Below are positions 45,001-53,100 of a stretch of 64,000 bases of DNA, one piece after another. The stretch lies in the sequence record NC_010811.2; one strand, 5' to 3'. Under the pieces are notes generated by a model that was not told where the DNA came from, made no database searches, and worked only from the letters and a program-made list of their open reading frames with translations. The translations under genes and the position numbers were made by a program. Within the stretch, counting starts at the first letter, position 1. Each line of letters opens with the position of its first letter.

Positions 45001-45757
45001 CACCATCGCGGCTGATGGGACGTTGAACGTGCCGACTGGCGCCGGTTATTCGTTGCCGGTTGCTACCGCTTCAGTGTTGGGTGGCGTTAAGCCTAGCACT
45101 GGACTCGCGGTAGACGGCACGGGTGTACTGACCTTGGCGCCGGGTGGCACTACAGCACAGTGGGTACTCGGCAACGGTACGGTCAGCAACACGCTGTCAG
45201 GCACTGCCACGATCAACGGTACAATCAACGTAGGTACCGACTCCGCGATCAGCATGAACGGGGCCAGCAACTCGATCTTGCAGTTGAAGACGACTAGCTA
45301 TAACCGGTTGATGTATCTTGAGAACGGAGCCGGTAACATCATCTTCGCGGTCAGTAATGGCAGCTTTGGTGCTACGTCAACGCTAATGACCATTAGCGGT
45401 ACCGGTATGGTGTCAGCCACCGATTTCACGGCAACGTCAGATCGTAACGCCAAGACCGACATACAACCTCTGGTTGGTGCACGAGCGCTTGTGCTCGGCA
45501 TGCAGGGCATGTCGTTCACGATGAAGGCCAGTGGGAAGAAGAGCGTGGGCTTCATCGCGCAGGACTTCCAGCCCCATCAGTATCTGAAGGACTTGGTGCA
45601 TACGAACGAAGACGGCACGCTGTCGCTGTCTTACGGACCCGTGAGCGCGGTACTGGTCGAAGCGTTCAAGGAGCAAGACGAAGAGCTCCAGATGCTGAAG
45701 CTCCGCATCAAGCAGCTGGAAGCGCTGGTCGACAATCTGGTTGGCGATAGTAAGTAA
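42083..45757 (+). CDS. Tail fibre protein with C-terminal peptidase S74-type intramolecular chaperone
   Basis: Tail-collar-like N-terminus (KISLTQAG), LPxAT..LGGVKVG repeats, a knob-like segment (DFN....G.FY...WRRY..WTSW), two CBM-like repeats (N...N.SG..GW...RR.KLE), and SDRNAKTDI...GFIAQD...Y......EAFKEQ plus a coiled coil. Confidence 0.85.
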   Translation: MKISLTQAGVNLLNSNQGPVTVTSFQVGAGFGYTPSLSDTALHGALLFTGQPTAPVAVNANVVKYSAYLDFNLGPFAFGEVGLFVGNTLFALAAADELIQKLATGSTPGNSVRIDMYLSMVGQNYAMWLNLATSNNEFQMAILPSVDNLPPSSQAVPNAYVVSGNAQSSAFMAYTDQNGFWNFDAYAYFNQASVVITGATATSITIGLGSYLPGFTPSYPGSVLLEFSSGQNYSICRQVTSTVISGSNVTISFSTPLMVLPAAGDSVTFFGRQQLSTTIPNLPIATSTTLGAVIVGTSLTVDATGLINVAPTAYPVSSVNGKTGAVVLTATDISGFATVARTGLYSDLIGAPGAYTLPVATTTTLGGVKVPTTGNLSVDGTGNLSLGFNPVKSVNTNLPDANGNVTINIPTPPPQVVYIGLVQPAAIASGQDFNQMQTTGLFYATDAVASSLINAPITTTGGTLDIEPFSTTASGGDVIQRYTTQDTIYWRRYVQSSNTWTSWVGTITSAGAIPVATSTVLGGIKVGANLTVTGDGTLSATPYSLPTASSTVLGGIKVGSGLSIDGSGVLSASSSLTAPNIMYNGSGEFGATGWTVPANFAFVRDPSYGPLFQNTSALTTASFTLSTPKVTVDPNVSHYASVDLTVGLSAGNVTLNLISYDGSNNPTTVATQTFTAASVFSRQFVGGFLPSNAVTAAVTIVGAGVSANIAGIQVRRVKLEAASSPSAYSVEADVVPATTTALGLVKVGANLAVAADGTLSATAQPLSPATTTTLGGVQIPVASSLSVDGAGNLSFVQNANMLSNSSGGSGTLGWNIPASFSVVNSYGPIFISNTTLSGVSTGIITPKAPALASTTYTLSGDIYNVSTAGTIQLAIVAYDSGGTMIGSGAFASSSNAPNGGWSRISVTGTTPAGTAFLAADVFLSGVSAPVSGVAFRRLKLELGSTPTAYSVEGDILTATTTMTGLVKGGGTNITIAADGTLNVPTGAGYSLPVATASVLGGVKPSTGLAVDGTGVLTLAPGGTTAQWVLGNGTVSNTLSGTATINGTINVGTDSAISMNGASNSILQLKTTSYNRLMYLENGAGNIIFAVSNGSFGATSTLMTISGTGMVSATDFTATSDRNAKTDIQPLVGARALVLGMQGMSFTMKASGKKSVGFIAQDFQPHQYLKDLVHTNEDGTLSLSYGPVSAVLVEAFKEQDEELQMLKLRIKQLEALVDNLVGDSK

Positions 45758-45762
45758 GGGAT

Positions 45763-45780
45763 GGGGCTTCGGCCCCTTCC
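45763..45780 (+). promoter_or_regulatory. cUUCGg hairpin after the fibre gene
   Basis: GGGGC-TTCG-GCCCC. Confidence 0.45.
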
Positions 45781-45797
45781 TATCAATTGGAGGACTG

Positions 45798-46331
45798 ATG
45801 GCAACCCCTGCTCTACCACTCAAGCTGTCTCAAGTCTGGTCTGAGATAAATCTCAAAACTGGAACAGGGAATAATCTGAACAATCCTCTGTGCATAGCCC
45901 TTCGTAATCAAGGGAACTGGCCTAACCCGCCTTCAACTGCGCTTCCCATTCTGCTGTCGCAGCTCGCAAGTAAGACTGCGTTGGTGACCCTACAAGCCAC
46001 GACGACGAGTGACGGTAACAGTGTGTTCGGCACTATTTGGCAAGGTGCAGGAAGTCAGTTCACTGCGGGCACCACATTCGGTTCCATCTCCGGCGCCTCC
46101 AGCTCTGTGCTTACGCTGAACAACTCCTTGCACGTGTACACTGGTTCGCTGTCGGTTATGGTGTTCACAAGCAACTGGAGTACGCTGGTAATGAACAAGT
46201 CCTACGCGTACAACGGAGCTTCGGGCAACAACGACACGTGGTGGACGTCCGGTGTAGCTCTTGGGCTTTCTGGCAGTACGACCCTACAACTTCGTCATAG
46301 GTCACTAGACATTAACGGATCTAACCCATGA
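45798..46331 (+). CDS. Putative tail-fibre tip/adhesin protein (paralog A)
   Basis: GGAGG SD; MATPALPLKLSQVWSEIN; S/T/G/N-rich; lower GC than the flanks; directly after the fibre gene. Confidence 0.5.
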   Translation: MATPALPLKLSQVWSEINLKTGTGNNLNNPLCIALRNQGNWPNPPSTALPILLSQLASKTALVTLQATTTSDGNSVFGTIWQGAGSQFTAGTTFGSISGASSSVLTLNNSLHVYTGSLSVMVFTSNWSTLVMNKSYAYNGASGNNDTWWTSGVALGLSGSTTLQLRHRSLDINGSNP

Positions 46332-46905
46332 CTCTACCTTCGGGCAGCTTCAGCTTATCTCAAGTGTGGAGCGAGATCAATGTGCAGTTCTACTCGCCGC
46401 CAGGAGGATTCCTCGGTTCACAATCTGACAAATACTCCAGTCCGCTATTTGGCGAGCAGTGGCTGGGGCTCGGCTAACGTTCCGATCAAATCGTTGCCAA
46501 TAAGTACGGCCGATTTGCGAGGTAAGACGGCGTACATGTGGGTACAGGCGACTGTCATATACGACTCGTCAAGTGCCGTACTGACGTTCGGCAGAAGCAA
46601 CGTCATCTGGGGCTACTTCCGGTTCTCAATTCGTAGACTCCGGAGTCTACGTCTACGGCCTGTACAATCAATTCAGCACCTTCAACTATTCTAGTCTCAT
46701 CCTGAACAATTCGTATAACTATAAGAGCAGCATTCGGGTGTTCATGTACGATAGCAATTGGGCCACGCTATACAACGGCATGACCTTCAACTACAGCGCA
46801 AGCCAAAGCAGCGGCGGAATCGCTGAATTCAACGGACCAACTGGTGTCAACTTCTTCACGTCGGGCGACCAAAATCAGGTGCGCAACTTCGTGATCTTAA
46901 TCTAG
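46328..46905 (+). pseudogene. Tail-fibre tip/adhesin paralog B, split across three frames
   Basis: MTLPSGSFSLSQVWSEIN (frame 1); NLTNTP..SLPISTADLRGKTA..VQAT (frame 2); GSQF..LILNNS..SNWATL..(frame 3, TAG at 46903-05). Each segment aligns by eye with paralog A. Confidence 0.65.
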
Positions 46906-46915
46906 GGGATTCTAT

Positions 46916-47287
46916 ATGTCTCGATTCAAGCTTCTCTGTCTTTGGGCGATCATCACCGTGATGAGTCCCGTTCTGCTGTTCGCCATGCTGGTGCAGGCCA
47001 GTCTAGGCAGCGACCGTCGGGCGAAGGCCATGGCCATTGCCTACGACGAATGCGGAAACGCGCTGTTCGGTGGTCCGCCGCAGCAGACCATCAGTGCGCG
47101 GACCGGCAACGCGCTGATCCTTGGAGATGAGTGGGGAAAGTGGGTGGCGCCCATCATTGATGCGTTCTTCGGGCGCGGCCATTGTCTGTCGAATGTGGAT
47201 GTGCCACCCACCTCGCTGGACGAGGATCAACGGGTGGCGATCCGACAGGCATACAAAGACCAAGAGTTGGACAACTGTCCGTACTAG
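46916..47287 (+). CDS. Hypothetical membrane-associated protein
   Basis: Hydrophobic N-terminus; AIAYDECGNALFGG..QTISARTG...WVAPIIDAFFGRGHC. Confidence 0.6.
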   Translation: MSRFKLLCLWAIITVMSPVLLFAMLVQASLGSDRRAKAMAIAYDECGNALFGGPPQQTISARTGNALILGDEWGKWVAPIIDAFFGRGHCLSNVDVPPTSLDEDQRVAIRQAYKDQELDNCPY

Positions 47288-48190
47288 CCGAACAGTCCCT
47301 TGGTCTTCGGGTAGAGGAACAGGTGGTAGTCGTGATAGTTCCGCGTCAACCACTTGTTCTTCGACTTCGTACGACGTAACTTCCACTGGTCGGGGGATGC
47401 AGGAGGCAAGGCTTCCGTAACCAACGTGACGAGCTTTCTATTGAGGCGGAGATGTTCCTGATGCACTGTCAGGTATGTCTTCGCCTCTTTGTCTTTTGGC
47501 CATCCACTTTGTGACTGACCCGTACTCATTCAGCAGCTTCTTGACCCGAGCTGGCTTCATGTTGGGAAGCGGCATGATGTTGTCGCCCGGGTCCCCAAGA
47601 AGCGTCTGGTACGCAATCATCTGACGCGGCAACACGCCAAACTTCTTGACGCAATCTTCCTCCGTGATGAAGCGAGGTTTGGACTTGCCGTCCTTGCCCT
47701 TTGCGCTGCTGTCGTACAAGCGAACGGATGGCCGCAGATACTGATAGGCGTCCTTGTCTTTCGTCCCACAGATCACTGTGTGTTCGTTGCCGAACGCATG
47801 AGCCACCGAACACAACACGTCGTCCGCTTCGTACTTCGGGGGCTGATAGTAGGCGAGTCCCACTTCGTCGAACAGCTGATAGATGCCGGGTAGCGCGCCG
47901 TACACTTGGTCCCGCAGGTCTCCGCGCACTGGACCGTTCTCCGCGTCATGCTGGCCGTCATTCAGACGACCTTCTCGACGGTTCGCCTTGTACTCTGGAT
48001 ACAGCTTGTTGCGGAACAGGCGTGCGCCGTCGAACGCAACGAGCGTGGCATGCGCCTTCAACTGTAGCGCATCCTTCATCACCATTGCCAGAACGTCGTA
48101 TGGCAAACCCTCTGCCATCGGCAGTATGCTCTTGTAGACGTGTGCCGCTCGCCACAAGTACCAGTTCCCGTCCACTACGAAGATCCGCAT
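47284..48190 (-). CDS. 5'-3' exonuclease (FEN/Pol I N-terminal/T4 RNase H family), frameshifted at about 47495
   Basis: VVDGNWY, VAFDG, R..LYPEYKANR, YEADDVL, TKDKD..Q, LLGDPGDNI. The C-terminus (HQEHLRLNRKLVTL) lies in the next frame and joins if one A is removed from the A4 run. Confidence 0.85.
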
Positions 48191-48483
48191 TAGTGCACCC
48201 GTGTCGAATGTGTGCCGGTGGTCTTCACATCGACCACCAGAATCAGCTCGTCGTCCCACTCATCTGCGGGCAACAGTGCTGCGTTCATGATGCGTGCTTC
48301 ATACTGCGGTCCAAACTTCGTCTTCAGACTGCGGTCCACGCGCTCGATCCACTGATCTGCGTCGGTTGTCAGATCAACGGCTGTGCTGTTCTTGATGCGA
48401 CGCTCCAGCCATCCGATGACTTGCGGGCGATCGCCGATCAAGGCCACGTTGTCCGTCACTGTGTAGCTCACAAATGTTCGCAT
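48190..48483 (-). CDS. Small hypothetical protein
   Basis: 97 aa; AAGGAG SD; TAATG overlap with the exonuclease. Confidence 0.6.
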   Translation of the reverse strand: MRTFVSYTVTDNVALIGDRPQVIGWLERRIKNSTAVDLTTDADQWIERVDRSLKTKFGPQYEARIMNAALLPADEWDDELILVVDVKTTGTHSTRVH

Positions 48484-48504
48484 TTGAGTTCTCCTTCTAC
48501 TCCA

Positions 48505-48511
48505 TATTTAC
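48505..48511 (-). promoter_or_regulatory. GTAAATA motif
   Basis: TAGTAAATATGG on the - strand, about 21 nt before the start at 48483. Confidence 0.5.
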
Positions 48512-48535
48512 TACGGGCGCGCATGGCTAACCTCA

Positions 48536-48543
48536 AATTTGAT
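48536..48543 (+). promoter_or_regulatory. AATTTGAT motif (lysis/fibre operon)
   Basis: About 69 nt before the holin ATG. Confidence 0.5.
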
Positions 48544-48612
48544 TTCATGTGGTGGGAGTTCATTTGGCCGATGCAGCAAGGTCGGCGGTAGCATTACTGA
48601 TAAGGATAGAGT

Positions 48613-48993
48613 ATGACGTCTGGAGATCATGATCCATTCCAGGAGCCACTATCCACGTACCTTTGGGTCGTTGGATTGGCATTGCTCGGTGGTCTAGTGA
48701 AATATCTGAACCATGTCGAGCGATTCCGATGGCTAATCCTGGTCCGGGACCTTGTGACCGCCGGGTTCTGCGGGTTGCTTACGTTTTGGATGTGTCAGTG
48801 GTTGAACGTGAGTGGTCCGTTGAGCGCTGTGCTCATTGCTACCTCCGGTCTGATGGGGACACGTTTGCTAAAAGAGCTGGAAACCTTCTACAAGATTCGC
48901 ATGGGTATGATTGCGAATCCGGTACCAGAAGGACCTTCAGTCCAGCCACCCCACAGCCTCGCGTCGGCCCCCACAGAAGGAGATCCGAAGTGA
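48613..48993 (+). CDS. Holin (LydA-like/superfamily III)
   Basis: Three hydrophobic segments with a LLGGLVKYL...AGFCGLLTFWMC...SGLMG pattern; two genes before the lysin. Confidence 0.7.
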   Translation: MTSGDHDPFQEPLSTYLWVVGLALLGGLVKYLNHVERFRWLILVRDLVTAGFCGLLTFWMCQWLNVSGPLSAVLIATSGLMGTRLLKELETFYKIRMGMIANPVPEGPSVQPPHSLASAPTEGDPK

Positions 48994-49478
48994 AGACCCA
49001 GCAACTGTCACAGGTCCGTTCGCGCAACCGTACTCGCATTTCTCACTTGCACTTTGCGGACCGTGTGTTTTCATTTCTGTCGTTGGCCCTTGTGCCGCTC
49101 ATGGGAGCAGTTGCCCTGAGTTGGGTGTTTACGAACCCGCCGACAGCCACCGTCAATCTTCAGAAACCGTTCGTCGAGTATGTGGGGCCAGACAATTCGT
49201 TCTCGGCCCCGGATGTGGAGATCGCCTTGCCTATGGGTAAGGCATTCTTCTATTACTATCTAGCGGACAGCGATGGAAATCCGGCGTATGTGTGGCCTAG
49301 TCATCGAATGGAAGGCCAGACGCTCCAGCTACACCCCAAGCTGGACATGCCACGTATGCGCCCGGGGACTTACGTGCTACAAGCCAAAATCGTGTATCCG
49401 CTGAATCCGTTCAAGAACGGCGAGCTGAACGTAAGTCTAGCAACTATCGATGCGGCTCCATCGGTCCAAGGACTTTGA
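48990..49478 (+). CDS. Single-pass membrane protein of the lysis cassette (antiholin/spanin-like?)
   Basis: GTG overlaps the holin stop; one TM segment (VFSFLSLALVPLMGAVALSWVF) followed by an Ig-like domain. Confidence 0.5.
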   Translation: MKTQQLSQVRSRNRTRISHLHFADRVFSFLSLALVPLMGAVALSWVFTNPPTATVNLQKPFVEYVGPDNSFSAPDVEIALPMGKAFFYYYLADSDGNPAYVWPSHRMEGQTLQLHPKLDMPRMRPGTYVLQAKIVYPLNPFKNGELNVSLATIDAAPSVQGL

Positions 49479-49479
49479 C

Positions 49480-50127
49480 ATGGCTCAAGTAACCGACAGT
49501 CAGCTTCTACAGCTGAACGGTCGTCTGAAGAACGCAGCGGACCTCGCGGCCTCAATCAACGAGGCCGCTGCGCGCTTCTCGATCGACCAATCACTTCGTC
49601 GGCTGCGCTACTTCGTGGCGCAGTCGTTCTTCGAAACGATGAGCTACACCACGTGGGTCGAGAATCTCACGTACACCACGCCTCAACGGCTGGTCGCAGT
49701 GTGGCCCAGCCGCTTCACCATGAATCAAGCAGACACGACTCGTGCCTATGCTCCAAGCTACATCAACAATCCCCAGAAGCTGGCGGGATTGGTGTATGGC
49801 GGGCGTATGGGTAACGGTGTGTGGCCCGCGTCCAACGACGCCTACACGTATCGTGGACGCGGCGCGTTCCACTTGACAGGACAAGCCAACTACAATCAGT
49901 ACAGCATCTTCATGTACGGCGATCTCCGCATCGTCGACAATCCAGACCTTGTAGCCGAGCCAACTGACGCGTTCATGAGCGCGGGATGGTTCTGGCAGAC
50001 ACGAGGTCTGAATCAGCTCGCAGATCAGGATGCGTACACCAAGGCCACTGTCGTCATCAACGGAAGTGCGTCGACCGTGCCGCAACGTCTGCAGGTGCTC
50101 AACCAAGTGAACCAGATCATCACGTAG
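49480..50127 (+). CDS. Glycoside hydrolase family 19 lysin (chitinase-class endolysin)
   Basis: YFVAQ..FET...ENLTY, YGGRMGN, YRGRG...LTG..NY, PDLV, SAGWFW...LN..AD, VING. Confidence 0.9.
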   Translation: MAQVTDSQLLQLNGRLKNAADLAASINEAAARFSIDQSLRRLRYFVAQSFFETMSYTTWVENLTYTTPQRLVAVWPSRFTMNQADTTRAYAPSYINNPQKLAGLVYGGRMGNGVWPASNDAYTYRGRGAFHLTGQANYNQYSIFMYGDLRIVDNPDLVAEPTDAFMSAGWFWQTRGLNQLADQDAYTKATVVINGSASTVPQRLQVLNQVNQIIT

Positions 50128-50142
50128 CAAGCAGGAATAGAT

Positions 50143-53100
50143 ATGTCGATCCTATCGTATCCGATCACCGTCGTCACAGGTTCGCTTCAAACGTACAACA
50201 TCCGAGCTCGTTGGGTCAGCCAGCTACCGCTGGAGGCACTAGGCTCGGTTGACGCCTGCGTGTTGCAGGAAGCGGTGGGACCGGCTGCTCCTGGCCTCTA
50301 TTGGTGGACGGGACGTGTGTGGATGCTGGCCGTCCCGTACGACAGTGTGACTGACGCCATCATTCATGACGGCGAAATGACGATCGGCTACAATCTGTCC
50401 CAGCCTCTGGTGCTGGGCAGTGCAGCCGACACTGTCAACATGTGGCGCAACGGCCAGCCGCTGCCCGGCAACACGATCGCACCGGACGACAGCGTTTGGG
50501 CAGGCATCGTTTCGCCCAATCCCAGCGTGGTTGGCGTCACCAGCGTCAACCACAAGACGGCTGATGCCAACGGGGATGTGGAAGTCGGCATCTCCGACAT
50601 TCCAGGGCTGACCACCGAACTGGCTGCACGCATCAAGACGGTGAACAGCGTTGGACCTGATTCGAACGGCGACGTGGCCGTGACCTTGGCCGGACTGCCG
50701 GATACGAATTTCGTTCCCAGCCCGGCTATTGACGGATTCACGCTTGTCTATCAGACGGCGAGCGGCAAATGGGTACCGTCACGCTACGTGCCGAGCGCCG
50801 TTCGCACGGTGAACAGCACGACACCCGACGTCAATGGAAACGTGATCGTGAAGGCGTCCGCCGCCGAGACGGTTACGCCCACCAACGTGAGTCTGGTGGC
50901 GAACGACGGATCGACGACCGGCAACATCCTGCTAAAGACGGTCCAGGGGACTGGCGCGCTGACTGTGGCCGACAACGGTACGCATGTGACGCTGGACGTT
51001 CCGCAGACTGTGACCGCAGTTCAGGCGGCGACTGCCACTGGCGGCACGACGCTCATCGCGAACGACGGCAGCACGACGCACATCGCGCAGATCAAGCAGT
51101 TGGTGGCAGGCGTCAACGTTCAGCTGTCTTCCGACGGCCAGACGGTGACCATCAACGCCACGAACAGCTCCGGAGGTGGCGGCACGCTGACCGCAGTTCA
51201 GTCCACGGGCACTGGCATCTCGCTGGTGAACTACGATGGGACGAGCGGTTCTACCATCGCACTCATCAAGTCGGTTGTTGCGGGCTCAGGTATCACCATA
51301 GTCCAGGATGCTCAGCTGCAGACGCTGACCATCGCTGCGATCGCGCAAGTGCCTCCGGTCACCTCGGTTAACACGAAGACCGGTGACGTGGTGCTGACCG
51401 CGGCCGACATCACGGGCTTCGCAACCGTCGCCTACACAGGCAACTACAACGATCTGCAAAACAAGCCTGCGGCCTACGTGTTGCCTCCTGCCACGGCCAC
51501 TGTCCTGGGCGGGATCAAGGTTGGTTCCAACTTGGCGGTGGCTGCTGATGGTACGTTGTCGGCAACCGCGCAACCGTTGGCTCCGGCCACGACCACTACT
51601 CTCGGTGGTGTGATCGTCGGTGCAGGGCTCAACGTGGCGGCAGACGGCACGCTGTCGGTCAGCGGATCTGGTGTGGTCAACAGCGTGAACAGCGCAAGTG
51701 GTGCGTTGACCATCGCACAGGGTTCCGGTATCAGCGTGAGCACCGTTGGCCAGACCATCACTATCAGTGCGACCGGCGCGGGAAGCGTTACGAGTGTTGG
51801 TCTGTCGCTGCCTGCTGCTCTGTTCACAGTCAGTGGCAGTCCGGTGACTAGCACAGGAACGCTGACTGGAACGCTGAACAACCAGAATCCGAACTGGGTT
51901 TGGGCGGGTCCTGGATCTGGCGTGGCGGCTGCCCCTACGTTCCGTGCATTGGTGGCTGCTGATCTGCCGGTTGCTACGTCCACTGTGCCGGGCACCATGT
52001 ATCCTGGACCAGGACTGGCAGTTGACGGGACCGGTAAGCTGACGATCGTCCAATCGGGTGTCGTCACGTCGTTCAACACGCGGACTGGCGACATCACTCT
52101 GCAGTTGTCTGATATCACGAACGCAGGAGGTGCGGTTCTCGCCAGTCCAGCGTTCACTGGAACGCCGACCGCTCCTACACCGCTGTCCAGCGACAACAGC
52201 ACGCGATTGGCAACCACTGCATTCGTGCAGGCATCGTTCGCTCCGCTGGCAAGTCCAGCGCTGGTGGGCACGCCGACCGCACCGACTGCGGCCACTGGAA
52301 CTGCGACTACTCAATTGGCGACCACCGCATTCGTCAATCGAGACTTCGCGCCGATCGCAAGCCCAACGTTCACAGGCACGCCCAAGGCGCCGACGCAGAC
52401 TGCAGGTGACAACACGACGGCTCTGGCTACGACGGCCTTCGTTCAAGCTGCGATCAGTGGGGCGGTGGCAGGCGTAACGAGCTTCAACAGCCGCACGGGT
52501 GCAGTCACGCTGCAAGCAGGTGATGTGACGGGTGTGGGTGGCGCACTGCTCGCAAGTCCTGCGTTCACGGGAACACCGACAGCGCCCACGGCAACTGCTG
52601 GCACCAACACCACGCAACTCGCAACTACGGCATTCGTGCAGGCTGCGATCGCCAGTGTTCCCGCAGGAGTGTCGTCGTTCAACACGCGTCAAGGTGCAGT
52701 CGTTCTGCAGCCTGCGGACGTGACAGGAGTTGGGGGTGCGCTGCTGGCGAGCCCTGCGTTCACCGGAACGCCGACAGCGCCCACGGCGACTGCTGGAACC
52801 AACACAACGCAGATCGCTACGACGGCGTTTGTCCAAGCGGCGATCACCAGTGGCGTTCCGATCGCCACTACGACCACGTTGGGCGGCGTCATCGTTAAGG
52901 CAGGTTTGACCGTTGACGCATCGGGCAATCTGTCTGCAAACGTGACGACGGTTGCTGGTCGCACTGGAGACGTGGTGTTGGCGGTGGGCGATGTTAGCGG
53001 TGCAGCCTCGCTGTCGTCGCCTGCATTCACCGGAACTCCGACCGCACCTACGGCAGCTTCGGGCACCAACAACACGCAGATCGCAACGACGACGTTTGCC

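Noticed and set aside
45798-46905. Diversity-generating retroelement target/template pair
   Set aside because: The two paralogs are too divergent for a TR/VR pair with adenine-specific differences, and no reverse transcriptase is present in the window.
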